From a virus (Duplodnaviria > Caudoviricetes): DNA of 54,632 bases. Positions 1 through 9,346 of this stretch are shown here, one piece after another. Below the pieces are notes generated by a model. It worked only from the letters and a program-made list of their open reading frames with translations. It had not been told where the DNA came from and searched no databases. The stretch's first letter is position 1; every line of letters starts with the position of its first letter. Location: positions 1 through 54,632 of IMG/VR virus record IMGVR_UViG_3300004282_000003. One strand, 5' to 3'. The translations under genes were made by a program, and so were the position numbers.

Positions 1-573
1 AAAGTTATTGATATATGTAAACATATTGATTTTATTCCTACCAAAATAAGAATAAATCCTACAAGATATGGTGTTAGAAAAAATCCCTATATGCTTTTTG
101 ATAGGTGTTTTAATGATGGTAATTATTTTACTGTTTATTTAGAAGATGATATTATTCTTTCTCCAGATACTTTTGATTTAGCTAATTATTACTGTGAAAA
201 TTTTAAAGAGGATCAATATCTTTTATTATCATTTTGTAATTATCTTGAGAATGGAAATGATTGTAATAAGATTATTGAATATAATGATTTTATAGCTATC
301 GGTTTTTGCTTTTTTTCTTATTCCTGGTATAATTGGATGAAACCATATTGGTTTGAGGATAGTATTACAGAAGGAATTGGTGGAGTTGGGTGGGATTGGT
401 CTTTAAGATCAGTAATGAAGAAATTTAAATTGAAAACTTTGACTCCAAGCATTGCCAGGAGTAATCATATGGGAGTAATTGGAACTCATTGTGGACCTAA
501 AACACACCAGAAATTATTTGGAAGTAAAATTCATTATACTGGTAGTGAATCTAATTTTTATTTAGAGGTTTAA
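1..573 (+). CDS. GT-A fold glycosyltransferase, 5' truncated by window
   Basis: Frame is open from base 1 (KVIDICKHIDFIPT...). VYLEDDI (ExD/DxD) motif, GWDW and RSNHMG resemble GT2/GT13-type enzymes. Confidence 0.7.
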   Translation, partial: KVIDICKHIDFIPTKIRINPTRYGVRKNPYMLFDRCFNDGNYFTVYLEDDIILSPDTFDLANYYCENFKEDQYLLLSFCNYLENGNDCNKIIEYNDFIAIGFCFFSYSWYNWMKPYWFEDSITEGIGGVGWDWSLRSVMKKFKLKTLTPSIARSNHMGVIGTHCGPKTHQKLFGSKIHYTGSESNFYLEV

Positions 574-574
574 T

Positions 575-1441
575 ATGGAAGGTATTATTAATGATCTTTC
601 AAAAAAGAAAGTAGTTGATTATTTAAAAAATATAATTTCTGGAAAGATTTTATTACTTTTCCCTCATGGTCTTGGAGATTTAATATTATTTATGCCAATT
701 GTAGAAGAATTAAAAAGAAGATTTCCAAGAGTAAATATTAAAATAGGGGGAGATGGGAAAAGAGGATTTGGAGATATAATAGGAGATAATTTTTTTTCTA
801 TTGATGGTTTTGGAGATTACAGAAAAATTTTAAGACAATTTAGTTATGTTTTTAATATTCAATATCCAGAACCAGATATGAAAAGAAGTGTTGTTACTAT
901 ACAAAAACCATATTTGTGTAATTCTAAAGAAATTGGTTTAGAAGATTTTGTATGGAAACCTTACAGATTAAAAGTTGAATTGAAGAATGAAAATTCTAAA
1001 ACTATAGGAGTTCATTTTTTCGGCAATACAAATTCAAGACATAAAAATCCTACAGAAACTTGTGCTTCAAGAATTTGTAAAGAAATAAAAGAAGTGGGTT
1101 ATATACCATTTGAAGTTCATATGATTCATCATTTTACAAAGGATCAGAATCTATTTATTGGAAATAATCTTTTTGGAAAGGAGAACTCTTTAAGATCTGA
1201 GAAGCCAAATGTTCAAACTATGATTAATAAAATAGTAGAATGTAAATATTTTGTAGGTGTTGATTCTGGCCCTTTGTATTTGGCAGGTTCTATTTTAGGA
1301 TTTGATAAAGTAATTGGTGTTCAAAAGTATTTAGAAATAGGAAGATATTTACCAATTGAAATTCCTAAAATAGATGTTAGGTATTATAAACCAAGATCAA
1401 TATTTAATGAACTTAAAAGATTGGAGAATGGAAATGATTAA
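575..1441 (+). CDS. GT9 (heptosyltransferase-like, GT-B) glycosyltransferase
   Basis: N-terminal HGLGDLI and C-terminal FVGVDSGPLYLA motifs are typical of GT9. Confidence 0.75.
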   Translation: MEGIINDLSKKKVVDYLKNIISGKILLLFPHGLGDLILFMPIVEELKRRFPRVNIKIGGDGKRGFGDIIGDNFFSIDGFGDYRKILRQFSYVFNIQYPEPDMKRSVVTIQKPYLCNSKEIGLEDFVWKPYRLKVELKNENSKTIGVHFFGNTNSRHKNPTETCASRICKEIKEVGYIPFEVHMIHHFTKDQNLFIGNNLFGKENSLRSEKPNVQTMINKIVECKYFVGVDSGPLYLAGSILGFDKVIGVQKYLEIGRYLPIEIPKIDVRYYKPRSIFNELKRLENGND

Positions 1442-1817
1442 AAGATTATTATTGACTACCATAATTTGTTTGTTTGTTTTTGGATGTGCTACTCTCAAAC
1501 CTACTATTCCTGCTGGTTGTGAGAATAGTCTTATTTATAAAAATGCACCCTGGTCTTTTGTAATGCTTACTGGAGCTATAGATGCTGCTTATATAATTTA
1601 TACACAAAATCCAGAGTTGTATAAAAAAATTCAACAAGCAGCTAGAGAAGCAGAAGATACTTTAAACTCTTCTGGAATTATGACTTATGAAAGATTATCA
1701 AAAGTTCCAAATTTAACTCTTTTAATAACAAGTCAATTGTCTCTTATTTTTAGACCACAAGATACAATTGATACTTGTGATAAAAGAATTATTCTTGATT
1801 ACTTGAAAATGATATAA
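1434..1817 (+). CDS. Putative lipoprotein
   Basis: From ATG 1434 (GGAG upstream): MIKRLLLTTIICLFVFGC, a basic n-region, hydrophobic h-region and lipobox Cys. Confidence 0.6.
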   Translation: MIKRLLLTTIICLFVFGCATLKPTIPAGCENSLIYKNAPWSFVMLTGAIDAAYIIYTQNPELYKKIQQAAREAEDTLNSSGIMTYERLSKVPNLTLLITSQLSLIFRPQDTIDTCDKRIILDYLKMI

Positions 1818-1828
1818 GGAAAAATAAA

Positions 1829-2371
1829 ATGAAATTTTCCCTTTGTGCTGGTGATATTTTCTTGTCTAAAAATCCAATGATATTTGGAAAAGCTATTTGT
1901 TTTATGGAAAGGCTTTGGTCAAAAGATCAACATGCTTTTTATGGTCATGCAGGAATTATTACCAGCACAAGAGGGAGAATTTTAGAAAGTTCTTGGAAAG
2001 TTCATATTGGGAATTTGAAACATTATGAAGGTGATAAAATAATTATTGCTAGATATAAATTTTTGAAAACAGATAAGTTTAAATTTGCTTTAGAAAAGAT
2101 AGCTAGAAATCATTTAGGTCAAATTTATCCTGTCCACCGTCTTTTCTTACATGCTTTTAATGTGGCCCATTTTTTCCATTGGAAAAGATGTACTTGTGCA
2201 GAGCTAACAGTTAAGTTTCTTCATCTTCTTTGTAGAGATGAAAACTTATATGAATTTGAACATTGGTATGGTTGGACTCCTGATGATCTGCATGATGTAT
2301 TTAGACGATGGACAGGACATTTTGATATTATCTTTGAAGGTGAATGGAATAGTTCCTATTTAAAATTTTAA
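1829..2371 (+). CDS. Permuted papain-like (YiiX/YebB-type NlpC/P60) amidase
   Basis: GDIFL at the start, then YGHAGI (His) before TCAEL (Cys), and WTPDDL near the C-terminus, giving the permuted catalytic order. Confidence 0.7.
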   Translation: MKFSLCAGDIFLSKNPMIFGKAICFMERLWSKDQHAFYGHAGIITSTRGRILESSWKVHIGNLKHYEGDKIIIARYKFLKTDKFKFALEKIARNHLGQIYPVHRLFLHAFNVAHFFHWKRCTCAELTVKFLHLLCRDENLYEFEHWYGWTPDDLHDVFRRWTGHFDIIFEGEWNSSYLKF

Positions 2372-2773
2372 CTTACAGGAACCAAGGACAAGTTCTGATT
2401 CTTTAGGTAGTTCAACTTGAGTTTTTATTTTTTCTGCAATTTCTTCAAAGGTTTTATTTGATTTTAATTCTCCAACTTCCTCTGACCATCTTTCTTCCAA
2501 GAAATCTATTATTCTTTTTTGACTATTTATAGTATTCTTTAGATCTTGTATAGTATTAGACATTTTTTGTATTGTATCTTGTAGAGCAGCTTTAACTTCC
2601 TTATTATGCTTTATATTTTTCATAAGATGGTGAGAAAATAATCTAAGTTCTAAATTATAAATTTCTAAATGTTTTATTCTTAATTCATTTTTTAATGTAT
2701 CTATTTCTTTGGATATTTGTATATCATTTAAATTATACATTTCATTAAACCAAATTTCTAACTTCTTTTCCAT
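2360..2773 (-). CDS. Hypothetical coiled-coil protein
   Basis: 137-aa ORF; last gene of the minus-strand block, convergent with the amidase (12-nt overlap). Confidence 0.6.
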   Translation of the reverse strand: MEKKLEIWFNEMYNLNDIQISKEIDTLKNELRIKHLEIYNLELRLFSHHLMKNIKHNKEVKAALQDTIQKMSNTIQDLKNTINSQKRIIDFLEERWSEEVGELKSNKTFEEIAEKIKTQVELPKESELVLGSCKLKF

Positions 2774-2936
2774 AATTTTTCTCCTTAGTAATTTTTCTAG
2801 GAAATGTGTAAGTACAAGCCAAGCATTTATACCAAGTTGTAATGAATCTTACCTCTAAAAATACAGATTTAAAATCTCTTAAAACATTGGTTTTTCCTTT
2901 ACACTTTGGACACCTAATTAAATTTAGTTTATTCAT
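2745..2936 (-). CDS. Small zinc-ribbon protein
   Basis: CPKC...CLAC; start/stop overlap with the upstream gene. Confidence 0.55.
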   Translation of the reverse strand: MNKLNLIRCPKCKGKTNVLRDFKSVFLEVRFITTWYKCLACTYTFPRKITKEKNYGKEVRNLV

Positions 2937-3187
2937 TTTTTTTCTCTTTTCATTTTAAATAATAAGGTAATTTTTTTTATTTGAGCATCTGAAAATTTTA
3001 TTTCCTCTCTTTCATTAAAATAGAACTTACATTTTTTACATGAAAAACCTTCCCATCTAAAATATGCTGCATGGTCTAAACAATTACCATAAAATATACA
3101 ATTTACTTTTCTATGTTTGTCTGCCATTTCATATGTTTCTAATTCAAAATCTAACTTTTTTGGTTTTGGATAAATCAATTTATTCAT
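2933..3187 (-). CDS. Small Cys-rich protein
   Basis: CIFYGNC...SCKKC; ATGA coupling to the primase gene. Confidence 0.55.
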   Translation of the reverse strand: MNKLIYPKPKKLDFELETYEMADKHRKVNCIFYGNCLDHAAYFRWEGFSCKKCKFYFNEREEIKFSDAQIKKITLLFKMKREKK

Positions 3188-4173
3188 AGATTATTTTCTT
3201 TAAATATTTTAAGAAATTCTTTTTCTGTTAAATCTCCAGGGTCTTTATCTTTAGGTAAAACTAAAAAATCAGAATCACAAAACAGTTTCATTTTTGTTTT
3301 ATAATAATCATGCCAACTATCCCCATCTAGCATGAAAATAACTTTTTCTGGTTTATATTTTTCCAATAATTTTATTTGTTCATCTGTCATTATTTTTGAA
3401 AATGTACAGGTTACATTATACCTTCTACTATAATATTTTTCAAGAAATTTATAAGTGTTTATATAATCAAATATACCTTCTACTATTAGTATTGGTTTAT
3501 TTTTTTCTATTCTATCTACTTTGTATAGATAATGATTTACCTCTCCCCTTTTTATATATTGACTTTGAGTGAAAGATCTAATTATATATCCAACTATTCT
3601 TCTTCTGTGAATAATTGGAATTAGAAGTTTTCCTTTGTAGGTTCCTTCTATTATTATTTTGAAATCATATTCTGTAAAGTCTTTTAATCTAAGATTTTTT
3701 TCTTTAGCAAAAGATGATATGAATGGAATATTTTTAAAAAAGCTTCTACCTATTGGAAGATAGACTATTTTTGGTAACTCTTTCTTTGTTTGTTTTCCTG
3801 GTTCCTCTATAGTTTTGGAAAGAATATTTTTTACTTTTTCTAAATTGTCAATGTATTCATCTGAATTAATATTTGTTTCTTCTAATATAAATTGTACTGC
3901 TTTTTTATGAGAAATATTTTTAATATCAGATACAAAAGAAATAAGGTTTCCAGAGTATTTACATTTCCAACAACTAAAAGTTTTGTTGTTTGTATTTATT
4001 GCAAAATGATTATCTGTATCACCACAATTCTCATTAAGACAAGGAGAGATGCCTATCCAACCAGTTCCAATGTTATCTCCTGACATTTTATAGTCAATAT
4101 TATTTTCATCTAAGAATCTGTATAAATCAAATTCTTGAATTGCTTGATTTACTAATGCATAATTAGTAGTCAA
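3184..4173 (-). CDS. DNA primase (Zn-binding + TOPRIM)
   Basis: N-terminal C..C...CWKC zinc finger; TOPRIM motifs VEGIFD, LDGD, KDPGD. Confidence 0.9.
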   Translation of the reverse strand: MTTNYALVNQAIQEFDLYRFLDENNIDYKMSGDNIGTGWIGISPCLNENCGDTDNHFAINTNNKTFSCWKCKYSGNLISFVSDIKNISHKKAVQFILEETNINSDEYIDNLEKVKNILSKTIEEPGKQTKKELPKIVYLPIGRSFFKNIPFISSFAKEKNLRLKDFTEYDFKIIIEGTYKGKLLIPIIHRRRIVGYIIRSFTQSQYIKRGEVNHYLYKVDRIEKNKPILIVEGIFDYINTYKFLEKYYSRRYNVTCTFSKIMTDEQIKLLEKYKPEKVIFMLDGDSWHDYYKTKMKLFCDSDFLVLPKDKDPGDLTEKEFLKIFKENNL

Positions 4174-5564
4174 TTTAATTCACTCCCCTCATATATTTCC
4201 TTTAACCATTTTTTTCTACTATAAATATTTTTTCTTCTTTCACTATATTTAATAAAATATTTGTCATGTTTTCCTATTTGTTCATAAATATCTAGTAATA
4301 ATAATTCATCTTTTATTTCTGTTTTTCTTCTACCCCTACCAATTTTTTGTTTTGTATTTGTAATAGATTTTCTAGCAGAACCTAAAACAACACAATCTAC
4401 ATTAGGAATGTTTGTTCCTGTAGAAAAAACAGGGGTAGCAATACAGAATTTTAATTTTCTGTTGTTTAATCTTTCTTTTATATCTTCTAGATCCTCTCTT
4501 TTTAATTTAGACCATGCAATTTCTGGTTTTGTATCTAGAAACTTTCTTGATAATCTTTTTAACATTTTAGCTTGTTCATATTCATCTACTAAAAGTAAAC
4601 AAGATTGTGTATTTTTTTTGTTAAAGGCCCATCTAACCATCTTTAAAAGAAATATACATCTTTCTTCATTTAGTAAAACATTTTCTCTGTATAGATCATA
4701 GTCTATATTTTCCGGTTCACAATAGAATTTAAACATATAAGCATTAACTGGTGCTACTCTCTTCTTTGCTTGTTTATCTGTAACAGTTATTATTTTTTCT
4801 CCCAATTGGCTTGTTAAATGAAACCATTTACTCTTTCTAGCTGAAGAAATAGGAGTAGCAGTTAATCCATATCTATACCATGTGGAATGAAAGTTTTTTA
4901 ATATTTCTTCTATAGCGTCTATTGCTAAATGACATTCATCTACAATAATTAAATCACAATATTTTCCTAGTTCTACTAAGTTTGGTATTTTCCTCATACT
5001 TTGATAAAGCATTACAGTAATTCTTTTTAATTCTTTTTTTCCATCCCCAAACAAACCTATTTTCATACCTAATAATTTTTGGAGTTCTCTTATTGTATTT
5101 CTAGCAATATCACCAGTTGGAACTACAATTATAGTTCTTGGTATATTGAATTTTTTTATTATTCCAGCAATTACTATTGTTTTCCCTGCTGCTGTAGGAG
5201 CTTCTATTACACCTGTTCTTTTTTCTTCTATGAGTTTTAATATTTTCTTTTGGTAATCTTCAAGTTCAATTTCTTTTAGGAAAACATCTTTTGTAAATTC
5301 TAAATAACTTTTTGTACTTTCTTTCATTGCTTTTACTTTTACTATATTCCTTTCTGCTTCTAATTTTCTTTTTATAAAAGGAACTAAACCAGTACCAAAA
5401 GAATTTGATCTTCTATCAAATGCAGATTTTTTAATAGAAACAAGTTTACCATCATATTGAGGAAGAACTGTTGTCTCAGTATAAGATAATAAATCATATA
5501 ATGTTTCTTTATCAATTACTGTAGTAACTTTAGATATAGAAGCATTTTCTTCTATAATTAACAT
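4170..5564 (-). CDS. SF2 helicase (UvsW/ResIII-like)
   Basis: Walker A APTAAGKT, DECH, GLTATP, and motif VI QKIGRGRR. Confidence 0.9.
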   Translation of the reverse strand: MLIIEENASISKVTTVIDKETLYDLLSYTETTVLPQYDGKLVSIKKSAFDRRSNSFGTGLVPFIKRKLEAERNIVKVKAMKESTKSYLEFTKDVFLKEIELEDYQKKILKLIEEKRTGVIEAPTAAGKTIVIAGIIKKFNIPRTIIVVPTGDIARNTIRELQKLLGMKIGLFGDGKKELKRITVMLYQSMRKIPNLVELGKYCDLIIVDECHLAIDAIEEILKNFHSTWYRYGLTATPISSARKSKWFHLTSQLGEKIITVTDKQAKKRVAPVNAYMFKFYCEPENIDYDLYRENVLLNEERCIFLLKMVRWAFNKKNTQSCLLLVDEYEQAKMLKRLSRKFLDTKPEIAWSKLKREDLEDIKERLNNRKLKFCIATPVFSTGTNIPNVDCVVLGSARKSITNTKQKIGRGRRKTEIKDELLLLDIYEQIGKHDKYFIKYSERRKNIYSRKKWLKEIYEGSELN

Positions 5565-5576
5565 TTTAGTTTCCTT

Positions 5577-6959
5577 TTAATAATCAACATCTTCATTTTC
5601 TGAATCCTCTTTGAATAGGAGATTTTCTGTAGCTTCTCCTAATGCTATTTGACCTCTTGCTAGATCTCTTACAAGAGAAATATCTTGGTGTCTAGGTCCA
5701 TGTCTATTCTCAGCAATATAAATTCTAGATACATTATATTTTTCTTCTGTTGGTGTTTGACAAATTGCTAATACAACATCACTATCAAATATAGGTTCAA
5801 TAGCATCTGCTATTTCATTTGATCTAAATATTTTTGCTGTCATTGCTTTTCTATTACCTTGTTGTGCTGTGAAGATTATTTGGTGTCTTTTCTTTGATAA
5901 TTCTTTTAATCCAAGTGTATTTTCAGCAATACGTTCTTTTTTATTTTGTCCTTTCTCAGTAGCCTTCATTATTCCTAAGTAATCAACTACTGTTACATCA
6001 AATATGTGTCCATGTGTTTGTTGTATCTTGTCTTGTATTAAATCTACCCCCATCCAATTAACTCTACCAGAAGAACAATCTGCAATGTATAAATCTCCCC
6101 CTAATCTTTGAATTGTATTTCTGGATTTTATTACTTTGTTTATATCATAAATTGAATCAACTTTCTTTTTAATCTTAACCCATTTCTCATTTTTAAATGT
6201 CATTGTTTCTATTGTTTCATGTTCTGTATTGCTAAAGAAACCAATACACTGATCGAATTTATCAACTATTTCTTGTTTACTCATTTCTCCTGTAACAAAT
6301 AAAACTTTTAATCCTTGAAGCATAGCAGCTACAGATAGTTCAACAAGCATTGTTGTTTTGCCAAATTTTGCTGCACCTAAGATAGTTATCAACCAAGCTG
6401 GATTAAAACCACCAATTAGTTTATCCAAACCTGGAATTAAAGAACGCATTTTATAACTTTTGCCTTGTATCCTTTTTTCTATATATTCTGTATCATCAAA
6501 GAAATTGAAATACTCTTGTTTAATATCTTCTGTTGATTTTATTGCATCTATTATTACTTTTTCTGCTTGGTCATATTGTTTTATTTTTATTAGTTGTGCA
6601 AAGTTTACTGCTGCTTCTTCTAATTTGAAATGTTTTACTGCATTTTTAATTTCTCCCAATATAAATTCTGGATTAGAATGATCTATATCTCTTAATACTT
6701 TTATTACGTCCATTGATTTGTTGTAAAGTTCTTTAGATATTTGCTTCTTTTGGTATTCTATAATATCATAGAAATGATCTTCTGGTGCTTTGTTATATTC
6801 ATCGTAGTAATCATATATTAATCTTATAAGAAACTTTTTTTCTTTTGTTTTAAATAAGTCTGGTTCAATTACTGGCCTAATTCTTTTTAAAAATTCTGTA
6901 TCCAAAATTGATTGAAGGAGAATGTGATTGAGAAAATTTATATTAAAATCTAGTTCCAC
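5577..6959 (-). CDS. DnaB-like replicative helicase
   Basis: GLDKLIGG, Walker A GAAKFGKT, VVDYL, TAQQGNR and ENRHG. Confidence 0.9.
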   Translation of the reverse strand: MELDFNINFLNHILLQSILDTEFLKRIRPVIEPDLFKTKEKKFLIRLIYDYYDEYNKAPEDHFYDIIEYQKKQISKELYNKSMDVIKVLRDIDHSNPEFILGEIKNAVKHFKLEEAAVNFAQLIKIKQYDQAEKVIIDAIKSTEDIKQEYFNFFDDTEYIEKRIQGKSYKMRSLIPGLDKLIGGFNPAWLITILGAAKFGKTTMLVELSVAAMLQGLKVLFVTGEMSKQEIVDKFDQCIGFFSNTEHETIETMTFKNEKWVKIKKKVDSIYDINKVIKSRNTIQRLGGDLYIADCSSGRVNWMGVDLIQDKIQQTHGHIFDVTVVDYLGIMKATEKGQNKKERIAENTLGLKELSKKRHQIIFTAQQGNRKAMTAKIFRSNEIADAIEPIFDSDVVLAICQTPTEEKYNVSRIYIAENRHGPRHQDISLVRDLARGQIALGEATENLLFKEDSENEDVDY

Positions 6960-7175
6960 AGATTTCTCCTTATCGTTTTACTTTTTTATATTTATAAATA
7001 TAAGAAAAAATAATTCTGGTTTTGTTTTACTTTGATAAATACAATATAATTTTTCTGGAATTTTACTTATAATATGATTTATAGTAGATATTAAATCTTC
7101 AAAATGTGTTGCTTCTATTTCTATTACAGTTGTTCCAACTGTTAATTGTATATCATCAATTGTCATTATTGCTCC

Positions 7176-8105
7176 TTATTTATATCTTATATTTCTAAAT
7201 GGTTTATCTTTATACCCATCAAATAATTTATTTATAAATGTTAATTTTTTAAGAAATGATCTAAAACCCCTATCTTGACAATACTCTACAAAATAATCTA
7301 TATCTATGCTAGTTTGTTTTTTTAACATTCTTCTATTTCTTTTTAACTTTCCCAATGTAGGATTTTGATTTTGTAAAGTGTAGAAAGGAAGTCTTGTTAA
7401 TCTCAAGAAGAACTCTATTTTTTCTTCATTGTCTTCAATTAAATTCTCTTTTCTTTCTGGTATTTGTTCTCCTTTTATATATTTAATTGCTGTTTTTTGC
7501 CCAATTCCTTCTATACCTATTATATTATCAGACTTGCAACCACCTATAGATTTTACATTAGCCCAATCTGAAGGAGCTATTCCATAATTATTAATAAACC
7601 AATCTTCAGTTAATAGTTTTTTAGTTTTTGGATTGTATATAAGAACTCTATCTTCAAAAAGTAATTGATAAATGTCTTCATCTCCTGTAACTATGATAAT
7701 TTTTAACTTTGGATTTTTTAGATGCTTTATTGTATATAAAGCAAAAAGATCATCTGCTTCCATTCCATTTTGTAAATAAGAAGCAAAACCTAATTTATTA
7801 TATTCCTTTCTGATATTTTCAGATTCTTCTTTTATTATTCTAATTTGTTGTACCACATTTTTATTTGTTTGTCCATACCTTTTTTGTTTATACTCAGGAT
7901 AAATTTCTCTTCTATATGATCTATCTGAATCCCACATTAAAATAATATTATCTGCTTTAAATTTTTTCTTTAAAGATATTAATGTACTAAAAAAACCATA
8001 ATGAACTCCTGTTCTTACTTCATTATGGGTTAAATTAAATTGTGTAGTTAAAGTTCTATAACACAAATATTTACTATCTATTAGTAATTCTATTTTTTGT
8101 TTCAT
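7176..8105 (-). CDS. 5'-3' exonuclease / RNase H (FEN-like)
   Basis: LLIDS, YPEYKQKR, MEADD, TGDED, and GCKSDNIIGIEGIG (H3TH). Start taken at ATG 8105 (GGAG RBS) rather than 8180. Confidence 0.9.
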   Translation of the reverse strand: MKQKIELLIDSKYLCYRTLTTQFNLTHNEVRTGVHYGFFSTLISLKKKFKADNIILMWDSDRSYRREIYPEYKQKRYGQTNKNVVQQIRIIKEESENIRKEYNKLGFASYLQNGMEADDLFALYTIKHLKNPKLKIIIVTGDEDIYQLLFEDRVLIYNPKTKKLLTEDWFINNYGIAPSDWANVKSIGGCKSDNIIGIEGIGQKTAIKYIKGEQIPERKENLIEDNEEKIEFFLRLTRLPFYTLQNQNPTLGKLKRNRRMLKKQTSIDIDYFVEYCQDRGFRSFLKKLTFINKLFDGYKDKPFRNIRYK

Positions 8106-8118
8106 GTTATTCTCCAGT

Positions 8119-8502
8119 TTAAAAAATTGCAAGTTCTTTATCTTTATAATATCTTTTACATCTATTAACAAATCTTTCATATGCCTTTTTTATTCTTATA
8201 TCTTTTGGTGGAGCTACTGGTTCAATACTTTGTATTTTTCTATAAGCCTCAATCCAACCAAAGTGGGGTCTAAAAAAATCCTTTGGATTACAGGAAGACC
8301 AACTTATTGCAACTATATTTTCATCTACTGGAATTGCAACAAACATTCCTTTTCTAATAATCCTTTTACATCCTTTGGCATTAAATGGACAAGGATATTT
8401 AGTTATTTTATAATATTGAACCAAATGTTTTTTATCTCTATTGAAATAATTTTCAATTTCCCTTATTGAATAATCAGAAAAATTCATTTTTATATCCTCC
8501 AA
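8119..8502 (-). CDS. Hypothetical protein
   Basis: Packed ORF in the minus-strand operon. Confidence 0.55.
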   Translation of the reverse strand: MEDIKMNFSDYSIREIENYFNRDKKHLVQYYKITKYPCPFNAKGCKRIIRKGMFVAIPVDENIVAISWSSCNPKDFFRPHFGWIEAYRKIQSIEPVAPPKDIRIKKAYERFVNRCKRYYKDKELAIF

Positions 8503-8670
8503 GATTTAATTTCTTCGTCTTGTTTTTTTCCATAGCAATAGTGATCTTTGTCACCACGAATTAAATGAACTAGATTATAAATTAATGCATTACTATTTCC
8601 TTCATCACTAGGAACTACTTGTTCAGTTACATTTTCTTTTACCCATTGTTCAAACCGTGTTTTTTCTATA

Positions 8671-8970
8671 TCACTTAATTTCATCATCAATTATAATCCC
8701 CTCTTTTTTACCAGTTTCCAAATTTAGTCTTAAAAACATTCTTCTATGAATTTCTCTTGTAAGTAATTGGTAGATATTCCAATCCATTTTATTATCCTTG
8801 GCTAGTTTCCTTCTATCTTTTCTTGAAAGTCTTTTTCCTAAATGTAGTTCTTTAATAATATCCATTGGAACATGCTGTGTTGCTAGTTCTCTTCTTTTTG
8901 TTGCTGGTATTTCATGTTCTCCAATTTTAATTATTATTTCTTTTTCTTTTTGTTCTTGAATTGGTTGCAT
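8671..8970 (-). CDS. Hypothetical protein
   Basis: AAGGA RBS; overlaps its neighbours. Confidence 0.55.
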   Translation of the reverse strand: MQPIQEQKEKEIIIKIGEHEIPATKRRELATQHVPMDIIKELHLGKRLSRKDRRKLAKDNKMDWNIYQLLTREIHRRMFLRLNLETGKKEGIIIDDEIK

Positions 8971-9346
8971 ATTTTTTCCTTTTTATCAAAAATTTTTCTG
9001 TCCCAATTACGAGGATCTTGCCAACTTGTTGTTAGTATTTGGTCGAATCTTAATCCAGTTAATCTTTCTTCATTACAATCCATATATTTTCTACAAGGAA
9101 TAAGAATAATTTCTCCTTCCCACATTTCAAATTCTTTTTCTGGGTTATATGACTCTTTTTCATATTCCCCTTTTTTATATTCAGAAAGTAAATTTCCTAT
9201 AACAATAGAAAGAACTGCTGTACGTTCAAATTGTCCAACATTACTAACTGCAATAACCATTGATTTGGATATTACTTTAATAGCTCCTTCTCCATAAGCA
9301 AATTCTGATATAATATCTTTTTCTGATTCTTGCATACTTTTTCCTT

